A stretch of DNA of 64,000 nucleotides from Eledone cirrhosa (Eukaryota): positions 185,628,001 to 185,692,000 of the forward strand of contig OZ024743.1 of NCBI GenBank assembly GCA_964016885.1, written 5' to 3'. Every line of letters begins with the position of its first letter. Position 1 is the first letter of the stretch. The notes under the pieces were generated by a model, which made no database searches, was not told the DNA's origin, and was given only the letters and a program-made list of their open reading frames with translations. Shown here one piece after another: positions 51,947 through 64,000 of the stretch. A program made the position numbers and the translations under genes.

Positions 51947-52588
51947 CTATAGAAATAGTGGACACCTTCCGTTACCTGGGTGACAAAATCAGCAGTGGTG
52001 GAGGGTGCTCAGAAAGTACAGTAGCCAGAGTCAGAATGGGATGGAAAAAGTTCAGAGAGCTTATACCACTATTGGCCACTAAAGGTTTCTCTCTAAAAAT
52101 GAAAGGCAAACTGTATGATGCCTGCATATGAACAGCAATGTTACATGGCAGTGAGACATGGGCAGTGTGTGCAGAGGATCTGCGCAGACTGGAGAGGAAC
52201 GAAGCATGCATGCTCTGCTGGATGTGTAATATACGAGAACAGCAAAGCATAAATGAACTAACCCCCCAAATCCCCCACACCCATCAACACTACCCCTTTC
52301 TCTGTAAAGTTATGTTGGTACCACAGCATCCAGTCCTAAATAAATGAGGTCGTGTAGGTGTCACAACAAGAAAACACAGTCCACGCTGTAATGTGGCCGT
52401 GTAGGTAACATGGTAAAAATCTCCCAGTCCACACTGTAAACGTGGTTGGTGTTAGGAAGGGCATCCAGCCGTAGAAAACCTGCCAGACAGTCCTATACGA
52501 GCGAGACGACCAATCTTGCCTCAAGTGGGACAATTCCCATCTAAACCCATGCTAGCATGGAAGATAGACGTTAAACGATGATGATGAT

Positions 52589-52590
<2 letters not shown>
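51947..52590 (+). pseudogene. RTE LINE fragment with internal deletion and 3' tail
   Basis: IEIVDTFRYLGDKISSGGGCSESTVARVR, nearly identical to the 31574-32497 protein. Confidence 0.88.
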
Positions 52591-52672
<82 letters not shown>

Positions 52673-52676
52673 AAGT

Positions 52677-53025
52677 GAAGGCACATGGCATTGGGCTTGC
52701 AATTGAAAGGTTGTGAGTTCAATTCTTGGACCGGGTGATGTGTTGTTTCCTTGAGCAAGACACTTTATTTCACATTGCTCCAGTTTACTCAGCTGTAGAA
52801 ATGAGATGATAGGACTGGGGTCTCTATCATTCCACTGTAAAGTGGTCGTGGAGGTGCCACGGCAAAAAAAGCATCCAGCACTCACTGTAAATGAGGTTGG
52901 TGTTAGGAAGGGCATCCAGCTGTAGAAATCAAGCCAGTTCCCATATGAGCAAGACAAGGTCAGCCGACTGGACACTGCCCACAACAGGACAATCTGTCTA
53001 ACCCATGCTAGCGTGGAAGAACTGC
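52677..53025 (+). mobile_element. SINE family A (long tail)
   Basis: B box, CORE-like body, tail matching the LINE 3'UTR at 24850-25095. Confidence 0.85.
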
Positions 53026-53049
53026 CATCACCTGATCCCACTCTCATAT

Positions 53050-53250
53050 ATGGGTGGCACAAACATGTCTTTTTAGCCCTGCCAAGGATTTACATTCCTT
53101 TCTGAATATGCTGCAGTGATGAACATTACTTCGATTTGGGTCCCTGTTTTGTTTTGGTGAATTTTCAAATGACGTCGGGGTTTACCGACTGAGGGACATT
53201 GTTTTCCACACTTCTGACAGGAAGAAATGCCAAAGAGACCCAAATCGACA
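53050..53250 (-). pseudogene. Decayed tandem C2H2 fingers, probably an RTE C-terminus
   Basis: SCQKCGKQCPSVGKPRRHLKIH...CSIFRKECKSLAGLKRH. Confidence 0.55.
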
Positions 53251-53399
53251 ATATTTTCTATATAGCTTCTATGTATTCACAATCAGAAACACATATACAT
53301 ACATGCACACATATCTATAAGTTTCAGTTGTTCGATCAACTGAGCTACCTACTTATTGAATTAGTAATCTAGATGAATGTGTGTGTAACAAAGTCAGTC

Positions 53400-53770
53400 T
53401 TTTGAATCATAATGTACCCAGTCCACCCTGTAAGATGGTCATACTGCTGCCATGACAGAAAAGCACTCTGTTTACTCTGTAAAGTGGTAGTGCTGGTGCC
53501 ACTATAAAAAGCACCCAGTATTGGTGCCATGAAAAAAAGCTCCCAGTTTTCACTGTAAGGTGATAGTATTGGTGCCATGAAAAAAAGCTCCCAGTTCTCA
53601 CTGTAAGGTGGTTGGCATTAGGAAGGACATCCAGCCATAGAAAACCAAGCCAAAATCAGATCGTTTGAGCAAGATGTGGTCATCTGACTTGTCTGGCCTC
53701 ATAATGTAAGAGTCCATCTAATCCATGCAAGCATGGAAAATAGACATTAAACAGTGATGATGATGATGAA
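53400..53770 (+). mobile_element. RTE/SINE-A-type tail with subrepeats
   Basis: CTGTAAG subrepeats, GGCATTAGGAAGGACATCCAGCC, (GAT)n. Confidence 0.7.
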
Positions 53771-54250
53771 TGCTTGGGTCAACCTAAGGCTGTAGTAAAG
53801 GACATTATGCCTCAGTGCAATTGATCCCAAAACTCATGATTGTGAAGTGAACCTTTAACCACAGAGCCATGCTTGCCTCTACATATACAAACATATAGAG
53901 ATAATAGTGTGTTTGCAAGTCATTATGTAAACATTAATTCTGAGGTAGAGTAGATATATTTAATATATTGATTATAGTGTCAGTTTACAGCTTTTCATTA
54001 TTTAATTTCATGTCCATGGCATTGGACAATTATCAGATGGGGGTGGATAGTTAGTTGGATACCTCCTAGGTCGGTATTTTATAGCACTAGTTGTGCCTAA
54101 TTTTTGTTCAAATTTGGTTTTATCTAGCTCACAAGATGGTGGTCTACAGACTTCAAGTTGCTTGGTTGTTGATGTTCACTTTGGCTCCATAGTTCTGTTA
54201 AGCAAACTTGTTTTCATGTTCACAGTTAGAAATGAACTTTGACATTTTAT

Positions 54251-54498
54251 TTAACCCTTTCATTACCATGTTTCTAATGAAATACATTACCTATGCTTTT
54301 CAAATAATCAAGAATTTGGAATGATTTAATAATATAACTAACATTCTTATTATCAAGTTAGTGTTTGGAACATAACTTAAAATATTTTACATACGATTAT
54401 GATGTAAAATTTCTAGATAAATATAAACAGTATAAAATAATCAGTTTGTATAATAAAACCTGGAGTGTCTTCAGGCAGTTTGTTATCGAAAGGGTTCA
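54251..54498. mobile_element. Second TTAA-CCCTTTC MITE family, diverged
   Basis: TTAACCCTTTCATTAC...TTATCGAAAGGGTTCA. Confidence 0.55.
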
Positions 54499-54691
54499 GG
54501 TGTTTGTTGTTTTCATGAAGATGGTTGCAGAAATGTGCCCAGTTGCTGAATTTCAATATTGACCATATAATATTAAAGTTTTCTTTCCCAGGATCTTTCA
54601 GTTATTTTATATGGACTGATAATGTTGTATTTCTTTTGTCTGCATATCTAAAGATGGACTTATTATTTTTGGATGAGAAAAGATTGTAGAC

Positions 54692-54925
54692 TTAACCCTT
54701 TAGCATTTACATTACTCTATATTTATTATTATATTTTCACGGTAAAAGGCTTAACCTGAAATAACTATCTCACATAATATCAAATCTATGAGATTTTGAT
54801 ATTATTCATTTTGAGAACAATACCTTAACATCGGTATGAGTGGCCAGTTACAGCTGATTTGAACAGAAAGAGGTGAGAGAATTCTGGCTGGATACGGCCA
54901 GCCGGTTTAAATGCTAAAGGGTTAA
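54692..54925. mobile_element. piggyBac-type MITE
   Basis: TTAACCCTTTAGCATTTA...TAAATGCTAAAGGGTTAA. Confidence 0.87.
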
Positions 54926-55153
54926 AGGTTACAGTTGTGGGCGCAGATTTGGGAAAAGGTGGGGCAAATAGTGGCATGCATATAGAGGTGGGAAGATCTT
55001 TAAAAAATAGGTTCATTGGAAGAGGCAAGTGTGACAGGTGGTGGAAGTGGAGACAGAAACATCTGGGAAGGAGGTGGTAGTAGAAGCAATGACTGAGCAT
55101 GATTGTGACTGGAGTGACAGGATTTCTTTAAAAAAAAAAAATATTGAGAGCTG

Positions 55154-55522
55154 TATAGCGGGGATTACTGGTTGTATGAATGTAACAAAACGAGACAATG
55201 TTTGTGTATATAATATTTAATTAACGGTAGATAGAATACTTGACATGTCAAAGATAGATGTTAGAATGAAGCAAAGTTAGTAGTTACCGTTTTGATTGCC
55301 AGGCAAACGCGGCTGGCAGAGGGCGCCTGGCCTTAGCCAGGCGCCTGTTGGCCAAATTAATGGCAGAGCCAAATGAGAAGACTCTTGACCTGGTGCCGAA
55401 AAGGCAAAGAGAGAGGAAGGAAGCTTAACGTTGTTAGTTTTATAGGGCTCTGACCGGAAGTTGCAGAAAGGGTTCCACCTCCCGTCTAGATCCCAATCAA
55501 AACAAGGGAGACAACCGCTACA
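55154..55522 (-). repeat. LTR (left, facing outward)
   Basis: Minus strand reads PPT GGCGGGAGG-TTA-TGTAGCG...CGCTATA, with TATAAAA and ATTAAA inside. Confidence 0.7.
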
Positions 55523-57669
55523 TAACCTCCCGCCAGAATTTTAGTGTATAAAAATCGAAATGAAAATATGTAGCAAGTTGGCGAGAATGTTGTAACAGGC
55601 ATGGAAATTACGACAAAAGAATGTCTGGAAAAATCAATGATAGATATCAAGGTAACCAACCGCTCTTGGCCAGAGAACGACTGGACATCCATCTATCCAT
55701 CACCCAAAGACACAATGTAATAAAGTAAAAGTAATAGAAGAGCTCAAAGCTCAAAATATAGTTCACAGGTGTGCAATCACATGACAGCAGGAAAGAAAGT
55801 GTGTTCCAGAGAATGAATGCAGGTGGTTTCTGTTCTGTGGTATATCGTGAAATTTCCAACCTCCGAATGGATTTTCTCACAGGAAGAGTGCTGCAAAAAT
55901 GAATTCTCTGGCTTTGGTGAAGCTGTATTGATGTATTGCTGTTGCTGTTATATTGCTGTTGCTGCTGCTGTTGTCTCGCTGAGTGAGCGTATTCGGTGTT
56001 TAAATTCACAGTAAAAAAATTTTTTTTTAGAAAAAATGAGTTGCGCAAAGTGCTAGAAATAGCAGCCGAAGTTGATGGTCGATGTTGAGAATGCGTTGAC
56101 CTGGAAGGGTCAAGAGGCCAGCGACCAGAGAAATAAGCATTCTTAATAAATGCGCGGTTATCAACGGTAAATTTACATTGTAAATTTATAAACCGGCAAA
56201 TAGAAGAATATAGCTTAAGGCTGAAGAATCCTTGGGGGAGAAATGCTATCTCTGGCGTGCGGCTGTCTGTGAGTAAGAGACATCTCAGTGAATCGAGAAT
56301 TTATGCTGCCTACACGTGCCAATACAAGGTTGAAAAAAAATATTTCTAACGCGCGAGAAAATGATAGTGCAATTTTGAAAGTGACAATGATGAAAAAGAA
56401 AAGCTTCAATCAGCATAATTATAGGTGTGAACTTTTGGAAAAAAAAAAAAAAACTAGAACGATGAAGAAAACGAAGAACAAAAGGCAATGGTTCATCGAA
56501 AATAAATGTTCCTGTTGAAATGTTTTTTAAAGAATATCAAATTTCTTTTTTTTTTTTTTTGTGTGTGTTTTGAAAGAGTTCGTTGTAAGAAACGAGAAAC
56601 ATATATATATATCGTGAAATGTTTTTTCTCGTTTCTTACAACGAACTCTTTCAAAACACCAAAAAAAAAAAAGAAATTTGATATTCTTTAAAAAACATTT
56701 CAACAGGAACATTTATTTTCGATGAACCATTGCCTTTTGTTCTTCGTTTTCTTCATCGTTCAAGTTTTTTTTTTTTTTTTTCCAAAAGTTCACACCTATA
56801 ATTATGCTGATTGAAGCCTTTCTTTTTCATCATTGTCACTTTCAAAATTGCACTATCATTTTCTCGCGCGTTAGAAATATTTTTTTTTCAACCTTGTATT
56901 GGCACGTGTAGGCAGCATAAATTCTCGATTCACTGAGATGTCTCTACTCAGACAGCCGCACGCCATTTATCACCAGGGATTCTTCAGCCTTAAGCTATAT
57001 TCTTCTATTTGCCGGTTTATAAATTTACAATGTAAATTTACCGTTGATAACCGCGCATTTATTAAGAATGCTTATTTCTCTGGTCGCTGGCCTCTTGACC
57101 CTTCCAGGTCAACGCATTCTCAACATCGACCATCAACTTCGGCTGCTATTTCTAGCACTTTGCGCAACTCATTTTTTTCTAAAAAAAAAATTTTTTACTG
57201 TGAATTTAAACACCGAATACGCTCACTCAGCGAGACAACAGCAGCAGCAACAGCAATACATCAATACAGCTTCACCAAAGCCAGAGAATTCATTTTTGCA
57301 GCACTCTTCCTGTGAGAAAATCCATTCGGAGGTTGGAAATTTCACGATGTACCACAGAACAGAAACCACCTGCATTCATTCTCTGGAACACACTTTCTTT
57401 CCAGCTGTCATGTGATTGCACACCTGTGAACTATATTTTGAACTTTGAGCTCTTCTATTACTTTTACTTTATTACATTGTATCTTTGGGTGATGGATGGA
57501 TGGATGTCCAGTCGTTCTCTGGCCAAGAGCGGTTGGCTACCTTGATATCTATCATTGATTTTTCCAAACATTCTTTTGTCGTAATTTTCATGCCTGTTAC
57601 AACATTCTCGCCAACTTGCTACATATTTTCATTTCGATTTTTATACACTAAAATTCTGGCGGGAGGTTA

Positions 57670-58035
57670 TGTAGCGGTTGTCTCCCTTGTTTTGATTAGG
57701 ATCTAGACGGGAAGTGGAACCCTTTCTGCAACTTCCGGTCAGAGCCCTATAAAACTAACAACTTTGGGCTTCCTCTCTCTCTTTGCCTTTTCGGCACCAG
57801 GTCAAGAGTCTTCTCATTTGGCTCTGCCATTAATTTGGCCAACAGGCGCCTGGCCTTAGCCAGGCGCCCTCTGCCAGCCGCATTTGCCTGGCAATCAAAA
57901 CGGTAACTACTAACTTTGTTTCATTCTAACATCTATCTTTGACATGTCAAGTATTCTATCTACCGTTAATTAAATATTATATACACAAACATTGTCTCGT
58001 TTTGTTACATTCATGCAACCAGTAATCTCGCTATA
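57670..58035 (+). repeat. LTR (right, facing outward)
   Basis: PPT-like GGCGGGAGG (57658-57666), TGTAGCG start, ACTTCCGG (57731), TATAAAA (57748), ATTAAA (57969), CGCTATA end. Confidence 0.72.
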
Positions 58036-58494
58036 GCTGTAAGGTCAGCGGGATATGCCTGGAAGGGAAAGGTGTGAAGAAATATTTTAGACAAAGCTGT
58101 TGGTTATTATCCATTTTTCTTTCCCTCATTTTTTCCTCTATTTTCTTTTCTCTTGTCTTTTTTCCTTTAAAATGACATGTTATTAAAAGATTGACAACAA
58201 TAACATTAACATCCACACAAAATCAGTGAAACATATGCTAACAGAATTGTCCACATTGTACATAGATATTGTCACAAAGATTGCTTTTCCTATAACTCTA
58301 TGTTCTTGATGTTAATAAAATATTTATATATTCCATTTCAATCAGATTGCTGTCACCTAACTTCTAATAATGCCAACATACTTGATCTGTCTTTCATACA
58401 TCACAGTAGCAATACTCCAGCATGTTGATGGATGTATATCATACATTTACAAAAGATGGTGGCATTTGTTATAGGGTTCTCACTTGCAAATCTG

Positions 58495-58545
<51 letters not shown>

Positions 58546-61030
58546 TTAAAAGTGGCAACAAGTCCACGATTCGGTCTTTGAAAGACCAAAACGGACGCGT
58601 GCTACTTGACCCCAGGCAGATGCGCACGGCCTTTCAGCAGCACTTTGCGCAACTGTTTGAGCAGCACGACGGTGCACCAAACAGGGCAATGGACTTTGGT
58701 TCATACCTCGACGGCCTGCCGCGAATCTCGAGCATGGATGCTGAGTTCTGCGAAAGACCGATCAGAGCCACTGAGATACGGAACGCTCTGGGCCGCTGCG
58801 TGAAACGCAAATCACCCTGTCTAGATGGTCTACCCTATGAGTTTTACATAGACATACCGGACTTGTTCTCTGGCGTCCTCGAAGCCATCTACTACAATTG
58901 GCAGCAGAACGGGACAATTCCCAGTTTTGCAGGCAAGGCCGTAGTAACGCTGATCAGGAATGAGAACAAGGGGGATGAGATAAGCAATTTCAGGTCCATA
59001 ACTCTGCTCAACACAGAGTTAAAGATTTTGGCCAAGGTGCTAGCAATGAGACTAGGGCTTGTCGTCGAAAACCTGGTAGGGAAAGCGCAAACATGTGCAA
59101 TCCTGACTAGGTCCATACACGACAACCTCCACCTCATGAGATACATCATAGAGAGGGTGGGGTGTAAACCCGGCTTCGGTGGGGCTCTGATCAATTTAGA
59201 TCAGTCTAAGGCATTCGATAGGGTCGACCATCGATACTTGGAAGCGGTTCACAAGGCAGCCGGTTGCAGTCCCGTTTTCAGAGGCTGGATCGAGGTGATG
59301 CACACCAGCATCTGCTCAAAGGTCAAGGTGAATGGCTACCTATCGGAGCCGTTCGCAATCACACGTTCCATCTGACAGGGATGCCCTCTCTCCTCCATTC
59401 TGTATGTATTGACTCTAGAGCCACTACTGCGGAAGTTGCAGCTTTTGCAAGGCATCCTTTTAGAACCGGGACTGCGAAAAGCGGCGTCGGCTTATGCTGA
59501 CGACCTGAAGGTAATGGTGTCGAAAATCGAGGTAATTGGCAACCTACTACAGGAATACAAAAGGTTCACAGGAGCAAAACTGAACCCAGACAAGTCTGTC
59601 GGTTTGCAACTCGGAACGTGGAGAGGCAAACCGATGCCATCCAACAGCGTCGTCGGACGCTGGACGGAATGACCGGTGAAATTGCTTGGGGTAGAGAACA
59701 ACTGGAACGAGGTCATAGCCAAGGTATTTGCGCTCACCAAGAAGTGGACAGAGTGCAAACTGTCTTTGAAAGGTCGAGCGGAGGTGGCAAACACTTTCAT
59801 AGCGTCTGTCATCTACTACCGCTTGACTGTTGTGCCTTGTCCCCGTGAATACCTCACCAAGATGGAATGCATGCTCTTCCAGTTCCTGTGGAAGAAGCAG
59901 ACTCAACTGGTGAGGACATCCGTCTGCTGTCAACACCCTTCCAACAGAGGGCTGGGCATGCCGTGGCTAATGATGCGCAAACATGCGCTGAGGCTACGGC
60001 ATCTCCAGGTATTCCTCACCGACCAACCGGTGTGGGCACCGTTTGTGAGACAGGCCTTCCCACAACCTGTCTCGCTGACGGAGCTGCAGTCCTGGGTCAA
60101 GCAAAGACCGAAGAAGATGGGCGCCTGGCACATTGAATGCGCCCAGGCGCTCACAGTCCTCTATCAAGCGGGCACAGCAATCAGTGGAGACTCCACTTCA
60201 ACATTCTATAGAGGGTTAGTACTTTACAAGTGCGACGACGTGCTCGGGGAGACTCTAGGCGTCGAAGACGACGAGCTCACCAGTCTGTTCGGTAGGACTT
60301 TCCGCCCCGGACCTATGGACAACTTCCAGAGGTCCCTGGCCTGGCAGTGCTACCAAGGAGCTCTACCCGTTCGAGACAAGATCTACAGGCACGGACGCCC
60401 CGGCAGGGATCCTTCCAAGAGGACGTGTCCAAGATGCAAGCAGGACATTGAAACCATCTTGCACGCAATTGTACACTGCCCGGGCGTAAGCGACCTGTGG
60501 AACTATGCAGAACAACTGTTGTCGCGTATGGGACAAATCCAGTTGACTGCCGAGTCCATAGTAAGGATCAAACCGCCAGCCTCTTTCAAAAATGAAAGAG
60601 AGGCGGTTTTCCTCTGTATAGTGGCTATGGTGAAAGAAGTTATATGATGGACGAGATTGAGAGGACTGAGGACAGATGCCTTTCTCTCCGGACAACAATT
60701 GATTCCCTTCTTTAAGTATCACTTTAGAAGGAGAATCAGAGTGGAGAGTGAGGCACTGCACCCCAGTAAATTTACTGAAAGGTGGGTGATTGTGGCAAAA
60801 ATGGCCCGAGTGATTGGGCTTTCTCTGTTTATAAGCCTGTAGGTTAAAGAAGAGAGCACAAGGAAGAAAGGAGCACTTGCACAACACGCTCCTGAAGTTG
60901 AGGGCTGTTCTATTGACGGGGCATTAAACAACCCATTTGTGGTGCTTCCCCCCTATTGGGGTTTTGATTGTTATAATTGTTTGTTTCAATATTTTTACAC
61001 GACTGTATGTAAAATCCCTGGCATGAGTTA
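58546..61030 (+). pseudogene. L1/Tx1-like LINE ORF2 (RT plus C-terminal Zn finger), 5'-truncated
   Basis: KSPCLDGLPYEFY, NFRSITLLNTELKILAK, LDQSKAFDRV, *QGCPLS, SAYADD, CPRC...ETILHAIVHC; four track ORFs in one frame separated by three TGA stops. Confidence 0.93.
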
Positions 61031-61133
61031 TATATATACATATACATATATATATATATATATATATATTGGTAAAATATATATATATACATATATATAC
61101 ATGGTAAAATATATATATATATACATACATATA

Positions 61134-61460
61134 TGGAGGTTAGAGCATTGGCCTTGCAATCGAAAGGTTGTGAGTTCAATTCTCAGACCGGGTTATGTGT
61201 TGTTTCCTTGAGCAAGACACTTTATTTCACATTGCTCCAGTTTACTCAGCTGTAGAAATGAGATGATAGGGACAGGGGTCCATATCATTCCACTGCAAAG
61301 TGGTGGTGGAGGTGCCACGGCAAAAAAGCACCCAGCACTCACTGTAAATGAGGTTGGTGTTAGGAAGGGCATCCAGCTGTAGAAATCAAGCCAGAATCAG
61401 TTCCCGTCCCACCCTTGCAAGCAGGGAAAAAGCGGACGTAAAATGAAATGATGATGATGA
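61134..61460 (+). mobile_element. SINE family A
   Basis: Nearly identical to 30834-31178. Confidence 0.88.
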
Positions 61461-61536
61461 TACACATATATATATATACACATATATGTTATTCAAAATA
61501 TTAACAAATAAAAAATATTCTCATAATCAAAATATA

Positions 61537-61602
61537 TACTTTATTATATATATTTCAGAGGTACTGTGCTGTTTTTTCAGTACGTCTTCATCAGACAAAA
61601 TA
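61537..61602 (-). ncRNA. Type I hammerhead ribozyme (same family as 45589)
   Basis: TATTTTGT-CTGATGA-AGACGTACTG...CAGTACCTCT-GAAA-TATATA-TA-ATAAAGTA. Confidence 0.75.
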
Positions 61603-61806
61603 TATGATTTGATATATGACATACCGCTATGGTCTTGATTGTTCAATTCCAGTATTGGCAGTGATTTATTTCATCAAATCTCAATGTTTATAATCTATTG
61701 TTTATAATCTATTGTTTATAATCTATTGTAAAATGCTTCTAATCTATTGTAAAATTGTATTCATTGTCCCCTTTTCTAGTGTGCCCTTGTGACAAATAAA
61801 GAAATA

Positions 61807-61840
<34 letters not shown>

Positions 61841-61946
61841 CTTACCTACTTTCCTGTTTACCTATCTAGCTATCTACCTACCTGTCTGTCTGACTATCCA
61901 TCTGTTTGTGCCTCAATCATTCTGCTTGTCTGTATGTCTATGTTTA

Positions 61947-62031
<85 letters not shown>

Positions 62032-63078
62032 CGAGGACTGCGGATTGACCTTTGGCCGGCCTGGGGATGATTATCTTTCGACATCCAATGTAGCAAGCGA
62101 TGACCCAGATCTTACCAGAGATCATTGGGTCCTGAAGCAATCCTGCAATCACCACGCCTGGTCATATGAGCAGACTACAACCACAGAGATCATTAATTTA
62201 GAATCCTCGCTCATCATCTATAATTTCCATTTGTGGCACCTTACGATGGGTTAATCCACCATAATAATATGATCACCTTCAGCATAACTTAATTAAATTA
62301 CTCTTTAGTTAATACACTTTATGCTTTAAAAATCTCTCTTGGAAGATGCGCATCATCATAGAATTTAGGGTCTATATTGGGACACATTTTAATGGCTAGA
62401 TATAGAAACCCCAGAGTTACCTCCCCACATACATTAACTCCCCTTAGCCACACACACACTTCCGGGCGGTATCCAATGGCGTTTCTCGAAACGTAACAAC
62501 CTCCTGTATCGAACTAAAGAACACCAGACTACGATCTCTAACTGGATCGTCGTGGATTATGTGAAGGGCATATAATCGAAAAATACACTCCCCTGACCAT
62601 GAAAATGCCGAAGTACATGAAATACTTGACATCCCTGCGCTGTGCATCTCCAATACTTATAACACTTTTAATGCTTGCACTATCTTTAATGCTTATAATA
62701 TTTCTCCACACACAGACTATATCAATCATTTAAAGAATTTTCCACCAGATCTACCAACCTAACACTCTTATTTACCTACCTAAGTGCCTCTACTACACGT
62801 ATCTCTCTGCCACACTATATAAACAAGACGCACATGCGTGCCACACATATAACATTTGCACTATACAACCGCTTATCTTCATGTTGTATTTTAACCTATA
62901 TTTTTGATTTTTGATCGTACCTATTAATATAAATGTAACCTCGAAGTGTGTATTGCCACTCTAAATTCTATAATGAATGTTGACCCACAATGTTTGAATA
63001 TGTATCAATGTTTGAATATGTATTGGTATGTCTCTCGGCTGAAAAGGAGGTCATATAACTGTCCATGCACTAATAAAT

Positions 63079-63125
63079 TGCTCCGAAGAATCCAAACCTC
63101 GGTTTGGAGGAAACAGCTGTAAGCA
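63079..63125 (+). ncRNA. Type I hammerhead motif with U4C variant
   Basis: TGCT-CCGAAGA-A-TCCAAACC-TC-GGTTTGGA-G-GAAA-CAGCTG-TA-AGCA. Confidence 0.68.
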
Positions 63126-63328
63126 CAATAATGTTTTGAACAGTTCTTTGATTCTTATATTTCATATAACTGCTCTGTAAATCATCTGATGTTTTTACAT
63201 TGAGCTACTTAACTTACTGGTAATAAGGTAGTAATACATTACTGCCTACCACTATTTAGGGTGTGTGTAAAATACTTATAACTGCTTAAGGTTTTGTATT
63301 TACATAACCATAAATAGTATAACTAATA

Positions 63329-63365
63329 CTATATATATATCTATATATCTATATATATATATATA

Positions 63366-63454
<89 letters not shown>

Positions 63455-63487
63455 ATATATATATATATATCTATATATATATATATA

Positions 63488-63536
<49 letters not shown>

Positions 63537-63897
63537 ATATATATATATCTATATATATATATCTATATATATATATCTATATATATATATATCTATATAT
63601 ATATATCTATATATATATATCTATATATATATCTATATATATCTATATCTATATATCTATATCTATATATCTATATATATATATATATCTATATATATCT
63701 ATATATATATATCTATATATCTATATATATCTATATATCTATATATATCTATATATATCTATATATCTATATATATCTATATATATCTATATATCTATGT
63801 ATATCTATATATATCTATATATCTATGTATATCTATATATATCTATATATATCTATATATATCTATATATCTATATATATCTATATATATATATATC
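63329..63897. repeat. (TA)n / TCTATA degenerate microsatellite
   Basis: About 570 bp of TA with periodic C. Confidence 0.95.
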
Positions 63898-64000
63898 TCT
63901 GCGGAATCCTGGAGAGTGGAGGTGAGAGAGAAAAATCTGGACGCTCAGCGACAATGCCAAAGATAAAGACAAATTCACCTCTTGGACGAGAATGCGAGCA

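Larger units (their letters stand above)
55154..58035. mobile_element. 2.88-kb palindromic element with inverted LTRs and a 4-bp TSD
   Basis: Arms ~55154-56599 and ~56625-58035 are reverse complements; termini TATAGCG...CGCTATA; GCTG at 55150-55153 and 58036-58039. Confidence 0.88.

Noticed and set aside
55486-57706. Mirror-image ORFs in the palindrome arms (including polyQ-like stretches)
   Set aside because: Frames differ between the arms through indels; no recognisable domain.
55148-58041. hAT MITE with an 8-bp TSD (GAGCTGTA/TAGCTGTA)
   Set aside because: Needs a mismatch in the TSD and does not explain the internal PPT+TGTAGCG boundaries; the LTR reading with a perfect 4-bp TSD fits better, though hAT is not fully excluded.

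Overview
Eukaryotic, AT-rich, repeat-saturated DNA with no confidently identifiable host gene. The (TA)n/(CA)n microsatellite load, tRNA/CORE-type SINEs and RTE LINEs look like a cephalopod (octopus-like) genome; this is an inference. Bases 1-7106 are a 41-bp satellite. The rest is a mosaic of decayed or truncated transposons: RTE, R4/Dong-like, CR1/Jockey-like and L1/Tx1-like LINEs, a Penelope-like element with a GIY-YIG domain, an internally deleted Gypsy, a solo LTR, TTAA piggyBac-type MITEs, Helentron/DINE-like elements and several SINE families. There is also a 200-N gap. Two things stand out. (1) A 2.88-kb near-perfect palindrome (55154-58035) whose two ends are inverted, outward-facing LTRs, each preceded by a polypurine tract and flanked by a perfect 4-bp target duplication. 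(2) About ten type-I hammerhead ribozyme motifs from at least six repeat families, including a non-coding 484-nt hammerhead-to-hammerhead unit (retrozyme or non-autonomous Penelope-like) with an inverted third copy. Most ORF-track entries are microsatellite or antisense artefacts. All alignments were made by eye; no database searches were run.
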